From the IMG/VR virus record IMGVR_UViG_3300046782_000572: 64,000 nt of DNA. One strand, given 5' to 3'. The stretch is from an uncultured virus (IMG/VR IMGVR_UViG_3300046782_000572). Its lineage: Duplodnaviria; Heunggongvirae; Uroviricota; Caudoviricetes. The notes beneath the pieces were generated by a model, which saw nothing but the letters and a program-made list of their open reading frames with translations, made no database searches and had not been told where the DNA came from. Both the position numbers and the translations under genes were made by a program. This document shows, piece after piece, positions 8,203-17,494 of the stretch. The stretch's first letter is position 1. Every line of letters starts with the position of its first letter.

Positions 8203-8262
8203 AAAAAACCCTGCCCTGCCCTGCCTTGCCTCGCCTTGCCTTGCCAGGCCAGGCCACGCCAT
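8203..8262 (-). ncRNA. (GGC-NN)10 tract
   Basis: Units 8213-8262 with tail GGCAGGGTTTTTT, upstream of recT. Confidence 0.65.
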
Positions 8263-8268
8263 AATTCA

Positions 8269-8613
8269 TCAAATCTGCTTCGCCTGCCGAGCCCATCGGG
8301 CTAGATGATTCGGGAAGCTCGCCGCTTCCATCGATGCCCGATCGCCGAAGAGATCGTCGGCGAACTCGACAAGCTCGAGATAGGACATTCGATTCAAGAT
8401 AGTTGCGATGGCGCGCTGGCGATGGTTCGTCGAAGTGAGCATCTCGACCATTCGACGATGGTCTTCGTGTTCTAGGCGCGCCTCAGTTTTCACGCCGACC
8501 ATTTCCACGATGGACGGATCAGAGTTGGATCGGCTCCAATCCAAGGAGCGTGGCCTGGGTTCGCTCAACTCATCTGCCAGTGCCGCCAGAGCGTTACGAT
8601 GGTTCTCGGTCAT
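8269..8613 (-). CDS. Hypothetical protein, paralogue of 55573-55938
   Basis: Shared M.YLELVEFA..LFG....AASFP.HLARWAR; ATGA overlap with YqaJ. Confidence 0.7.
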   Translation of the reverse strand: MTENHRNALAALADELSEPRPRSLDWSRSNSDPSIVEMVGVKTEARLEHEDHRRMVEMLTSTNHRQRAIATILNRMSYLELVEFADDLFGDRASMEAASFPNHLARWARQAKQI

Positions 8614-9557
8614 GCGTCCTCCTCGATCCTGCTGGTTCGCAGCACGCGGTAATCGACCGCCTTCTGCACGACCTCCGGTCGGTGCGTGGTTTTCAACGTG
8701 ACGCGCCACCCCTGCACCATCGCGATCTCAGCATCGCCGAGCTTCTCGCGCATTTCAGTCTCGGCGGCCTTCTTGGCCTTCTCGGCCACTGCGATCATCG
8801 CAGCATTGCGTTCGCGGATTTCGCACAGCTCGACAATGCGGTTGTCGCCGCGCAGATCGACCACTTTGCCTGCGACTTCGGTCGGATACATCAGCTTGAG
8901 AAGATCGCCGTCGCGCTCGTAGTCGACGGTCGGCACTTGGCCGGCGTCGAGCGCCTGCCAGAAGCTATGCACGGCGACGCGGATTTTGTGCTCCACACTC
9001 TTGAGGCGCAGCACCTCGATCACGTGCGCATCGAACGTATAATCGCCGATGACCAGCACGCCGACGACGCCGAAAGCGGCGTCCGCGAGCATCACTTCGG
9101 TCGCGTTCTGCAGGATGATCCACAGCGGCGGCGTCGGCTCGCTGTCTTCGCCGAGCCACTCTTTCTTGAACCGGTACGAGCCGATCGTTTTGGTCTGCAA
9201 CACGCCGCGGCCGCGCGGGTCGCCCTCGATGAAGAAATCGGGTGTGACTGCTAATCGCGCCTTCTGATCGTACAAAAACTCATTTGCCTTGACGATTTTC
9301 CATTCGGGCCGCAGCTTGCCAACTTCGGCCGCCACCACGGTTTCGAGCGCATTGCCGCGGCGAACGACGCTGGACTCGGGATCGGGACCGGGCATCTCCA
9401 GGCCGCACTTCTCGGCATGGACACCCCCGACGGTCTGCCAAGGATGGACGCCGAACAGTGCGCCGATGGTCGATCCATTCAGATAAGCCTTCCGACGTGC
9501 CAGCCATGCAGCGCGGCCTGCTTCGGTGGAGGTGTCGATCGGCCAGTGCTCGATCAT
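8610..9557 (-). CDS. YqaJ-like viral recombinase/exonuclease
   Basis: WLARRKAYLNGS, RRGNALE, LAVTPDF, LQTKT; next to recT. Confidence 0.88.
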   Translation of the reverse strand: MIEHWPIDTSTEAGRAAWLARRKAYLNGSTIGALFGVHPWQTVGGVHAEKCGLEMPGPDPESSVVRRGNALETVVAAEVGKLRPEWKIVKANEFLYDQKARLAVTPDFFIEGDPRGRGVLQTKTIGSYRFKKEWLGEDSEPTPPLWIILQNATEVMLADAAFGVVGVLVIGDYTFDAHVIEVLRLKSVEHKIRVAVHSFWQALDAGQVPTVDYERDGDLLKLMYPTEVAGKVVDLRGDNRIVELCEIRERNAAMIAVAEKAKKAAETEMREKLGDAEIAMVQGWRVTLKTTHRPEVVQKAVDYRVLRTSRIEEDA

Positions 9558-9559
9558 TG

Positions 9560-9900
9560 GTGTCTCGTCATGTCACATCCTGTCGTGTCTTGGCATAGTA
9601 TGCCGCGCTTATTTGACAGGCGTTGTCTGAAAAGCACTAAATTTCAGACTGAAATTTTTTTCAAGCGGCCGCGCTCGGGCCAAATGCACAAATGTGCAAA
9701 GTCTGCACATCCGTCATAATGCGCTATTCTGAAATCTCAAATGCACCCGCATAGTTGGGCAAAAAAAGTCTGCGCATTTTGCAAATCGAAATAATTTTCG
9801 ATGCGGATTTTGCGGGTTGGGTTCCACAGGCGTCATCTCTTGACGTTGCCGCAAGTCCGGTCGCAATGTCGAGCACCGAACAAATCCACATCCGGCGAAG
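9560..9900. promoter_or_regulatory. Divergent promoter region between leftward and rightward operons
   Basis: AT-richer gap where the coding strand switches; repeated AAAGTCTGC(A/G)CAT motif; TTGACA present. Confidence 0.5.
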
Positions 9901-9910
9901 GAGTCGACGA

Positions 9911-10291
9911 ATGACCGCAGCGGCAAGTGGCGGCAACGATATCGCCGCGAAAGCGGAAGCCTACATCAGGCAGATCGAGGAAATCGACGAGGACCTGGAT
10001 TCCGAAAAGGGCGAGTACATGAGCAGGTGCCGGTTCCTGCGTGATAAGCGCAAGCACGTGTTCGGCGCCGCCAAGGACGACGGCATCCAGGTCAAGCCGC
10101 TCAAAGCGGTGGTGAAGCGGCGCAAGTACGAACGCAAGATCGAATCGCTGCCGAGCGAGTTCGACATCGATGAAAGCGCGCAATATGAAGCTCTTGCCGC
10201 GGCCTTCGCCGGAACCCCGTTTGGCGATTTCGCCGGCGAGCGAGCGAACGGCCCGCGCAGCGACGACGCGGTAGATCAGCTCGGCATCTAA
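9911..10291 (+). CDS. GapR/DUF2312-like DNA-binding protein
   Basis: AYIRQIEEIDED...KHVFGAAKDDGIQVKPLKAVVKRRK. Confidence 0.6.
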   Translation: MTAAASGGNDIAAKAEAYIRQIEEIDEDLDSEKGEYMSRCRFLRDKRKHVFGAAKDDGIQVKPLKAVVKRRKYERKIESLPSEFDIDESAQYEALAAAFAGTPFGDFAGERANGPRSDDAVDQLGI

Positions 10292-10339
10292 ACAAAAACA
10301 TCGAACGACCCCGCAGGCGCAGGCGGGGGAGGCTGCGCG

Positions 10340-10858
10340 ATGATTGTACTCGATGCTGGTGCCAGCATTCTTGCGCTCGATTCAGCGAAGGTCACCGGTG
10401 TCTGCGAAGGCGTTCCCGGCAGCGATCCTGTTCTCGAAACCGTCAACTTCGCTCGGCCGCATGACGATGAGTTCGACATCTGGGCGCGCGCGCAGACATG
10501 GTTCATCCGCCGCATCCTCGATCACCGCCCTGGCCTGATTCTTCTCGAAGGCCTCGTGCCGCAGTTCGATAAGACGCTTCAGTGCGGAATCTTCTCTGCG
10601 TTCGGTGGCATCGCCCGCAACAAGCAAATCCCCATCCTGGTCGCGCCGGTGCAGACGTGGCGCGCAACCATTCTCGGCGACGGCAAGCTCAAGAAGGAGA
10701 TCGCCAAGGCGCGCGCGATCTCGATCTGCGGCGCGCTCGGCTGGTCGGCGCCGGATCACAACGCCGCAGAAGCCGCGATGCAGTGGCTCTACGCGTGTTG
10801 GAAGGTGGCGCCGAATAGCGTGCCGCGGATTCCGCTGTTCATGAGAGGGGCCGCATGA
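10340..10858 (+). CDS. RuvC-like Holliday junction resolvase
   Basis: ILALD..TG, LLE, TWR..ILG.G..K, DHNAAEA. Confidence 0.7.
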   Translation: MIVLDAGASILALDSAKVTGVCEGVPGSDPVLETVNFARPHDDEFDIWARAQTWFIRRILDHRPGLILLEGLVPQFDKTLQCGIFSAFGGIARNKQIPILVAPVQTWRATILGDGKLKKEIAKARAISICGALGWSAPDHNAAEAAMQWLYACWKVAPNSVPRIPLFMRGAA

Positions 10859-11811
10859 CGAAGCGAGCGATCGCAAAGCGTAAGTCGTCCCAACTGGAAT
10901 TGTATGATCCAGAGAAGGGGCTTGCGTCGATTGCTGTCGCTGAGATCGGCGAGAAACATTTCAAGCGCGCAAAGGACCCGAGCAAACTGTTCAAGGCGAT
11001 CGAGGCAAAGATCACGGCGCAGGCCGAATACGTCGTGTGGCGCGACGGCGTGGCAGCGCAACAGGTCGAGCCCAAAAGAAAAGGCAAAGGGGGTAAGATT
11101 TCAGCACTGAAATCGTACCTCCCCACCGCCGACCCTGGCGACGTGGTCGCGCACCGCTGGCGCAAGCGCTTCTGCACCAAGACCAAGAAGGGCACCGCAT
11201 TCGACCGAGCGAAGGTGGCGCTGGCCCTGAAGGATGCGCAGGCGCGATGTCAACGCATCTGCGAGCAAGTAAAGGACGGCACCGTGCGGGGCACGGAAGG
11301 CACCGGCGAATTCGAGTTATACACGCCGGCCGAATACATTGAGGCAGCACGTCTTGTGCTCGCAGCTATCGATCTCGACCCGGCCAGCAATGACATCGCG
11401 CAGAAGACCGTGAGGGCCGAGCACTACTTCACCTCTGAAACCAACGGACTAGAGCGCGAATGGAATGGTCGCGTGTGGCTCAATCCGCCCTATCACCGCG
11501 ATCTGTTGCCGGACTTCGTCGACAAGATGATCGAGGAAGTGACAGCCGGTCGCGTGACGGCCGCAATTATGCTCACCAACAATTGCACCGACACGGAATG
11601 GTTTCACAAGGCGCAGGCATCGTGCGCTGCAATCTGTTTCACCAAGGGCCGCATCAGGTTCACCCAACCAAACGGAATTGAGGTGCTGCCGACACAAGGT
11701 CAAGCGTTCTTTTATTTTGGGCCGGATGTTGCCGGGTTCGCGTCGGTGTTTTGCAAAATCGGTTTTGGCGTCGTGCCGTCGTGGTCCTTCGACGATGGGG
11801 GCGATGCATGA
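10855..11811 (+). CDS. Phage DNA N6-adenine methyltransferase (Dam-like)
   Basis: YTP, IDLDPAS, VWLNPPY, TDTEWF, GRIRF. Confidence 0.88.
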   Translation: MTKRAIAKRKSSQLELYDPEKGLASIAVAEIGEKHFKRAKDPSKLFKAIEAKITAQAEYVVWRDGVAAQQVEPKRKGKGGKISALKSYLPTADPGDVVAHRWRKRFCTKTKKGTAFDRAKVALALKDAQARCQRICEQVKDGTVRGTEGTGEFELYTPAEYIEAARLVLAAIDLDPASNDIAQKTVRAEHYFTSETNGLEREWNGRVWLNPPYHRDLLPDFVDKMIEEVTAGRVTAAIMLTNNCTDTEWFHKAQASCAAICFTKGRIRFTQPNGIEVLPTQGQAFFYFGPDVAGFASVFCKIGFGVVPSWSFDDGGDA

Positions 11812-12557
11812 CGCTTGCCGGGCCAGCATGGGAGTGGGGTCGACTAGCCGAAGAGGCGGTGCGGAAGATGCACGTTCGGGCCGGCGATTGGGTCGTGCCG
11901 ACACATGCCATCGAGAACGGTGGCGCTCCTATGTTGATTGGTTTGATCAGAAAGCACGCGTTGCCGGACTTCCAGGTTTATCGCAGCGGTCGTGGGCGTT
12001 GGGTAGAGGTGAAATTTAAGGATCACTGCGACAAATATCAAAAGCTACAGCAATGGCAACACGGGATCGATTTGCCGAGCTGGCACGCCTATTTAGAGGT
12101 GGAAAAGCAAACTGGTATTCCCGGTCAACTCGATATTATTCAGTACAAGCCCGGGTTCAAAGCTGATCCGTCGCCGATATTGTTGTGGCAAACTTTCGCT
12201 GAGTTGATGATGCACGCGCAAATCGTGCGTAATCCTCATACGACGTTTCGCAATGGCGCTGTCTATTGGCCAATTGGCGCTTTCAAGCAATCACCAATCG
12301 ATTTCGTTGCGCCTCCCGATCTGCCGTCGGTTGCTACGAACTGCAATCCATGGGAGCAAAAATCAAAGCTCGGCATCGCCCCGCAGATGAAGATCGAGTT
12401 CTGCAACGAATCGCCCTTTGAGCGCTGCCTGTGTCATTGCGGCAAGCCAGGGACGTTTGGCTACAAGAACGGCGCCGACAAAATGATTTGGTATTGCGCC
12501 GATCATCGCCCGGGCCTGTTTTATGCTGACGCACAACGGCAGGAGCCAGCCGCATGA
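11808..12557 (+). CDS. Putative PD-(D/E)XK nuclease-fold protein
   Basis: LPDF...WVEVKFK motif; C-terminal Cys cluster. Confidence 0.55.
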   Translation: MTLAGPAWEWGRLAEEAVRKMHVRAGDWVVPTHAIENGGAPMLIGLIRKHALPDFQVYRSGRGRWVEVKFKDHCDKYQKLQQWQHGIDLPSWHAYLEVEKQTGIPGQLDIIQYKPGFKADPSPILLWQTFAELMMHAQIVRNPHTTFRNGAVYWPIGAFKQSPIDFVAPPDLPSVATNCNPWEQKSKLGIAPQMKIEFCNESPFERCLCHCGKPGTFGYKNGADKMIWYCADHRPGLFYADAQRQEPAA

Positions 12558-13165
12558 TCCTGCCGCGCGACCATATGTTTGCCGGCCTGCCGGCGCGATC
12601 AGCCAGGGCAATCCTCGCGGACCCGGCATGGCATTTCCGCTGCCACACCGAAGATGTGGGCACCCGCGATCCGCGGCGGCACTACTCAACGATGTCGATG
12701 GCCGAGATTTGCGCGCTGCCCGTGAAGGATATTGCCGCACCGGATTGCCATTTGTTTTTGTGGGTCACCGGCCCGATGCTAGAATTCAGTTTCGAGGTGA
12801 TGCAGGAATGGGGTTTCAGATACTCGGCGATTGCGTTCACCTGGGTGAAGCTAAAGCGCGACCATGTGCTCACCGGCGAGCGTGATCTGCACGTCGGGCT
12901 CGGCTACACGACGCGCAAGAACACCGAGTTATGCCTATTGGCGCGACGTGGAAGCCCGAAGCGCCGCAGCGCCAAGGTGCGCGAGCTGATCGTCTCGCCG
13001 CGGCGCGAGCACTCGCGCAAGCCCGACGAAATCCACGAGCGCATCGAGCGGTATTGCGCCGGCCCTTATGTGGAATTGTTCGCGCGCTCGTCGCGCAAGG
13101 GGTGGAAAACCTGGGGCGCCGAGGCGACGAAATTCGACCAGCCAATGAGGGAGGCGGCAGAATAG
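12554..13165 (+). CDS. MT-A70 family adenine methyltransferase
   Basis: ILADPAW, HLFLWVT, FTWVK, GLGYTTR, HSRKP, ELFAR. Confidence 0.9.
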   Translation: MILPRDHMFAGLPARSARAILADPAWHFRCHTEDVGTRDPRRHYSTMSMAEICALPVKDIAAPDCHLFLWVTGPMLEFSFEVMQEWGFRYSAIAFTWVKLKRDHVLTGERDLHVGLGYTTRKNTELCLLARRGSPKRRSAKVRELIVSPRREHSRKPDEIHERIERYCAGPYVELFARSSRKGWKTWGAEATKFDQPMREAAE

Positions 13166-13199
13166 CCCAGGTTCGGCGTACTCGTCGAAAGAAACAGAC

Positions 13200-13550
13200 A
13201 TGAAGCGCGTCATCCTCGAAAGCCCGTATCAAGGCGGCCTGTTGCGCCGCTGGCTCAACGTGCGTTTTGCGCGCGCCTGCTTGCGCGATTGCCTGATGCG
13301 CGGCGAGGCGCCGCTCGCGTCGCACTTGCTCTACACGCAGCGCGGCGTCCTGAACGACGACGTGCCCGACGAGCGCGAGCTGGGCATCGACGCCGGTCAC
13401 GCGTGGATTGGGAGCGCCGAGGCGATGGTGATCTACATCCCGCGCGGCGGCCGCATCACACCCGGCATGGACGTCGGCATCAAGCGCGCAAAGGAGCACG
13501 GCATCGCGATCGAATACCGGCGGCTCGAACCGACAGACCACGGGACGTGA
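13200..13550 (+). CDS. Conserved phage protein, nucleoside-deoxyribosyltransferase-like fold (tentative)
   Basis: VILESPY, GEAPLASHLLYTQ..LNDDVPDERELGI. Confidence 0.65.
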   Translation: MKRVILESPYQGGLLRRWLNVRFARACLRDCLMRGEAPLASHLLYTQRGVLNDDVPDERELGIDAGHAWIGSAEAMVIYIPRGGRITPGMDVGIKRAKEHGIAIEYRRLEPTDHGT

Positions 13551-13554
13551 AACC

Positions 13555-14454
13555 ATGGCCCGCATCCGCAGCATCAAGCCGGAATTCTGGGTGAGTGATC
13601 AGGTCACCGAGTGCTCGATACCGGCTCGACTGCTGTTCGTGGGGCTCTGGACATTCTGCGACGACGGCGGCCGGATGCCGTTTTCGACCAAGCGTCTCAA
13701 GAAGCAAATCTTCCCCGCAGACGACATTTCCTCGGATGACATTCGTCGAATGCTCGACGAATTGTCGTCGAATGCGTTGGGGCAACCAATGGTGAAGCTC
13801 TATGATGTTGATGGAAAACAGTATTTGCAAATCACCGGGTGGGCTAAACACCAGCGCATCGACCGGCCTAGCTACCAGTTTCCAGACGAAACAGGCGTCA
13901 TTCCAAAGAACAATGGCCAGTACGCTCGACGAGCCCTCGACGGCGGAGTCGAGTCGAGTCGAGTCGATCTTAAGAGAGTCGATAGGAGTCGAGGGGAGTC
14001 GAACAAACGAAACCGCGCGCGCGCGCGCGGCAGCGGCTCGGTCGGTTCGGACCCCCCTTCGAATTCAACCGATGATTGGCCAAGCGATTTCCGCGAGCAA
14101 TTCGCGGAAGCCTACCCGCACAAAGTCAGCATGGCCGCAGCGCTCGCGATGCTCGACGAGGCGCGAAAGGGCGGCAAGGTTTCCTGGCGCGGCCTGCTCG
14201 CCGGCCTCGCCTGCTATCGCGAAACCAAGCCCGAAGATCGCCATTGGATGAACCCGAAAACGTGGATCGAACAGGAGCGGTGGAATGACAAACCAGCACG
14301 CGCCAACGGCAAGCACGAGCGCCATGTCGCCGACGAACTCGCCGAGGAAGCTCGCCGATTTGAGAGCCAGAGTAGCGGCGCGGCTGTCCGTGTCGGAGGC
14401 GCTGAACTTGGTGGGGATCATGCTCAAGTCGTACCCGGCAACAAACCAAGCTGA
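13555..14454 (+). CDS. Phage replication initiator-like protein
   Basis: MARIRSIKPEFW..ARLLFVGLWTFCDDGGR; C-terminal AYPHKV..NPKTWI.QERW. Confidence 0.8.
   Translation: MARIRSIKPEFWVSDQVTECSIPARLLFVGLWTFCDDGGRMPFSTKRLKKQIFPADDISSDDIRRMLDELSSNALGQPMVKLYDVDGKQYLQITGWAKHQRIDRPSYQFPDETGVIPKNNGQYARRALDGGVESSRVDLKRVDRSRGESNKRNRARARGSGSVGSDPPSNSTDDWPSDFREQFAEAYPHKVSMAAALAMLDEARKGGKVSWRGLLAGLACYRETKPEDRHWMNPKTWIEQERWNDKPARANGKHERHVADELAEEARRFESQSSGAAVRVGGAELGGDHAQVVPGNKPS
13946..14000 (+). repeat. GAGTC pentamer iterons inside the replication gene (candidate origin)
   Basis: Seven in-phase GAGTC copies in the linker region. Confidence 0.5.
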
Positions 14455-14974
14455 TACTCGCGAATATGTCGTCGCACTCGCCGGCGCGCTTGTGCTGCAC
14501 CCTCGCGAAATCGCTGCAGCATGCGTTCATCCGGTCATCGGCGTCGTGCGCGAGTGCATGTTCAAACCGACGATCGCCGACATCGCGCGGTGGTGCGGGC
14601 GAGAAGAAACGCCGCTGTTTGCGGCGTACAATGCCGCAGAGGCAGAGGCCCGCACAGCGAACGCGCTCGCCAATGCGCCGCGCATCGTCGATCGCAGCGG
14701 TCGACCGGACATCGACGAGCTGCGTGCCAAGCACGGCCCGACCTGGGGGTTGAAAACAATCGTCGAGGTCGAACGCGACGAAGCGCGCGCTGCGGACGAT
14801 CGGCGCCAGCGCGAAATGCGCGACCGGCAGGTGCTCGCCGAGTATGCCGCGCTCGGCCTCGATCCGGTCTATGCGAGCGATGGCGCGCTGGCGTCGCCGT
14901 CGCTGTTGCGCTCGATCAATCGCATGCCCGCAAAGCGAAACACCAATGCGTTCGAAGGCGAGGACGTGCGATGA
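14285..14974 (+). CDS. Hypothetical protein (helicase-loader position); true start probably near 14420
   Basis: Follows the replication gene; ECMFKPTIADI. Confidence 0.55.
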   Translation: MTNQHAPTASTSAMSPTNSPRKLADLRARVAARLSVSEALNLVGIMLKSYPATNQADTREYVVALAGALVLHPREIAAACVHPVIGVVRECMFKPTIADIARWCGREETPLFAAYNAAEAEARTANALANAPRIVDRSGRPDIDELRAKHGPTWGLKTIVEVERDEARAADDRRQREMRDRQVLAEYAALGLDPVYASDGALASPSLLRSINRMPAKRNTNAFEGEDVR

Positions 14975-15207
14975 AAACCATGCAGACCAAACGACAACCG
15001 CGTGTGGCGGCTCTCGCTAAGCCTGCTTCTGAAAACCCCGTGGCGCTCGCTGGGCGCCAAGGATTCGATGACGGCTATTTTCGCAACGACGACGAGCAAA
15101 TGAATTTCGAGACCGAAGCTGAGCGCGCAGCCTATGACCGGGAATTCGCGCTCGGCAGAGATCAGCGCAAGGCGGCCGATAAACTCGCACGACAGGCGAA
15201 GCGATAA
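14971..15207 (+). CDS. Hypothetical protein
   Basis: ATGA overlap with the upstream gene. Confidence 0.5.
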   Translation: MKTMQTKRQPRVAALAKPASENPVALAGRQGFDDGYFRNDDEQMNFETEAERAAYDREFALGRDQRKAADKLARQAKR

Positions 15208-15370
15208 TGCTGATCTTGCTCGATTTCGAAAAGACGCCGCAACTGCGCGAGATGGAAATCGATGTCGGGAGCTTGCGCCGCTTGCAAATGTTGGCATGCT
15301 ACGAAGAGTCCGAACCCGCGCGTCGGGAAATAGCAAAAGTATTTGCTCAGTTCGTAAAACCCGGTGACCT

Positions 15371-15967
15371 ATGCTGAAGATCGAATTCGACTTCACCGAA
15401 TGGGAGCGACAAGCGCAATCGATCGAGGGCGCAGCCGATCAGCTCCCCTACGCGATGAGCCTCGCGCTTAACCGCGCTGCCGACGTCACGCGCCAATTCC
15501 TGATCAAGGCGACGTGGCCGCAGCATGTCGTGCAGCGCAACGCCAGCTTCATCGCGGCTTCGCTGACGACCAAGGACTCGCGCGCCAGCAAGCAATCGTT
15601 GGCGGTCGAAATCTACGACAAGCTCGATCGCGGAAATCTGCGCATGCAGGCGCTGGGCGGTCAGCGCGCACCGCGCGGCGGATCAAACCTCGCGGTGCCG
15701 GCGAGCAGCATCCCGAAATCTTCGCGCGGCGTGCCTGGAAACTTGCGGCCGAGAAATCTGCCGCCAAGCTCGACATTCAAGAAAGGCGACGTGCTCTACA
15801 GCAAGGACAAGCGCACCAAGCGCATGCGGCTGCTCTACGTGCTCAAGCATCAAACGAAAATTCCAAGACGCGTGCCGTTCTACGAGGATTTTGCGGAGTC
15901 GATGGCGCGCGAGCTGCACCGCACGATGCCGCTGGCAATGCAAAAGGCGATGGCGACGAGACGGTGA
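15371..15967 (+). CDS. Phage protein, minor-tail-Z-like
   Basis: QLPYAMSLALNRAA N-terminus; basic composition. Confidence 0.55.
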   Translation: MLKIEFDFTEWERQAQSIEGAADQLPYAMSLALNRAADVTRQFLIKATWPQHVVQRNASFIAASLTTKDSRASKQSLAVEIYDKLDRGNLRMQALGGQRAPRGGSNLAVPASSIPKSSRGVPGNLRPRNLPPSSTFKKGDVLYSKDKRTKRMRLLYVLKHQTKIPRRVPFYEDFAESMARELHRTMPLAMQKAMATRR

Positions 15968-15980
15968 AAGGACGAAACCA

Positions 15981-16145
15981 ATGCAAAACCTCGGTTTGAT
16001 CTTGCTCGTGTTCGCGTTCGTGCTGGTCGCAATCTCGTCGCGCATCGGCTCGGCCGGCGTGTGGGACATCTTCAAGATCGGGATCGCATGCTGGATCGCG
16101 AGCGAGCTGATCGGCGGCGTCGCCAGATCAGGGCTGCTGCATTGA
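15981..16145 (+). CDS. Small membrane protein
   Basis: Two hydrophobic segments; AGGA RBS. Confidence 0.55.
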   Translation: MQNLGLILLVFAFVLVAISSRIGSAGVWDIFKIGIACWIASELIGGVARSGLLH

Positions 16146-16158
16146 GCGCAAGAAAGGC

Positions 16159-16359
16159 TCAGCGCCGTTTCGATGTCGGTCGGAATATGTCGGGCCTGAT
16201 GTCTGCGGGCTCCATGGCGAGAAGGTCAGCGACTTGGTGGACGCGCGCGACCGGAACGCGCTTCCATTGATAGACTGCGGTTCGCTTGATGCCACATGCG
16301 GTCGCAATGCGAATGCTAAGGCCGCGCTCGCTGCGAATGCGGTTGATGATCGGGTCCAT
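16159..16359 (-). CDS. Cro/YdaS-like HTH protein
   Basis: IATACGIKRTAVYQWKRVP...IRPDIF. Confidence 0.75.
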   Translation of the reverse strand: MDPIINRIRSERGLSIRIATACGIKRTAVYQWKRVPVARVHQVADLLAMEPADIRPDIFRPTSKRR

Positions 16360-16411
16360 AGGCGCGTCCTCTCGATTGCGTGCTGATCTTTAAGATAAGC
16401 GAGGCTTATCG

Positions 16412-16618
16412 ATGTTGAAAGACTCGGATGTCGTGACCCTCGCCTATGACTTCGAAGCGTTGACCGGGCTCGTCGAGTTTGTTGCTGGCGCGGCCTATCG
16501 CGTCGCCGATGTGGTCGAATACTTCGACGACGCGAGCGATGGAAAGGTAACGCGGATCAATATCCTGCAGGCCGGTAGCGCCGAGGTTGTGTTGCGTGCT
16601 CCGTTCGCGTGCGTCTAG
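16412..16618 (+). CDS. Hypothetical protein
   Basis: Compact ORF with GAGG upstream. Confidence 0.4.
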   Translation: MLKDSDVVTLAYDFEALTGLVEFVAGAAYRVADVVEYFDDASDGKVTRINILQAGSAEVVLRAPFACV

Positions 16619-16831
16619 GAAGCCCGCTGATGCGTTGCGCGTGGTTTGGCTATGGCGCTAGCGGCGACGTGCTGAAAGCTTACGGGCGGCCCGTTTGCCG
16701 AAGCCTGCGATGGCGTCGGCCCTCTAATCGAAGGCGTGCCCTCCCAAGGTACTGTGGAGCCTGGGGAGTGCCGCGGGGACCGCGCGACCGTGGTGTTTGA
16801 ACGTATTTGCAACCGGTGATTTCGCGCTTTT

Positions 16832-17494
16832 GTGGAGGGAAAATTGGGCGGATTGCGCGACAGGATTGTGGAGCTGCGCCGGGTGAAGGCCGCGGACCTT
16901 CGGACCAATCCGAAAAATTGGCGCCTCCATCCCGAAGGTCAGCGCTCGGCGGTCGGCGAAATGCTGGCGTCGATCGGCTTTGTGGGCGCGCTGGCGGCGC
17001 GCGAGGTCAACGGCGGGCTGGAATTGCTGGACGGCCATCTCAGAAAAGACCTCGCGGCCGAAAGCAAGGTGCCGGTTTTGATCCTCGATCTCAATGACGA
17101 GGAAGCCGACAAGATGCTGGCGACCTTCGACCCTCTCAGCGGGCTTGCGCTGGTCGACGGCGAGAAGCTCGACGACCTGTTGCGCGGCGTGTCGCTCGAC
17201 GAAAATGCAGAGATCAGGCGCATGCTGGCCGACATGCACGTCGAGTTGGTCGACGAGATGAAGGACAAGCCGGAGGCGGCGCGCGAGGTGGAGGGCATGG
17301 CGCTAGAACCCCACGAGCACTACGATTATTTGGTGGTGCTCGCCACGACAACGCAGGAATGGAACGTGCTTTGCGAGCGCCTAGGACTCGAGCCGGAGAA
17401 GCGCAGGCACGGGAGGATGGGAACATGCCGCGCAATGAGAGCAAGCAAGCTGCTCGATCGGGTGACCGCCGTAACAAAAAAGAAATCTTCATGA
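16832..17494 (+). CDS. ParB-like domain protein
   Basis: NPKNWRLHP, LLDGHLR; C-terminal EHYDYLVV domain. Confidence 0.75.
   Translation: MEGKLGGLRDRIVELRRVKAADLRTNPKNWRLHPEGQRSAVGEMLASIGFVGALAAREVNGGLELLDGHLRKDLAAESKVPVLILDLNDEEADKMLATFDPLSGLALVDGEKLDDLLRGVSLDENAEIRRMLADMHVELVDEMKDKPEAAREVEGMALEPHEHYDYLVVLATTTQEWNVLCERLGLEPEKRRHGRMGTCRAMRASKLLDRVTAVTKKKSS

Noticed and set aside
3563..8262. Classical CRISPR array
   Set aside because: No identical 25-40 nt repeats with unique spacers and no cas1/cas2; the periodicity is 5 nt
13946..14000. GAGTC pentamers as another guide tract
   Set aside because: Invariant unit inside a coding region with no GGY-NN pattern; better explained as origin iterons
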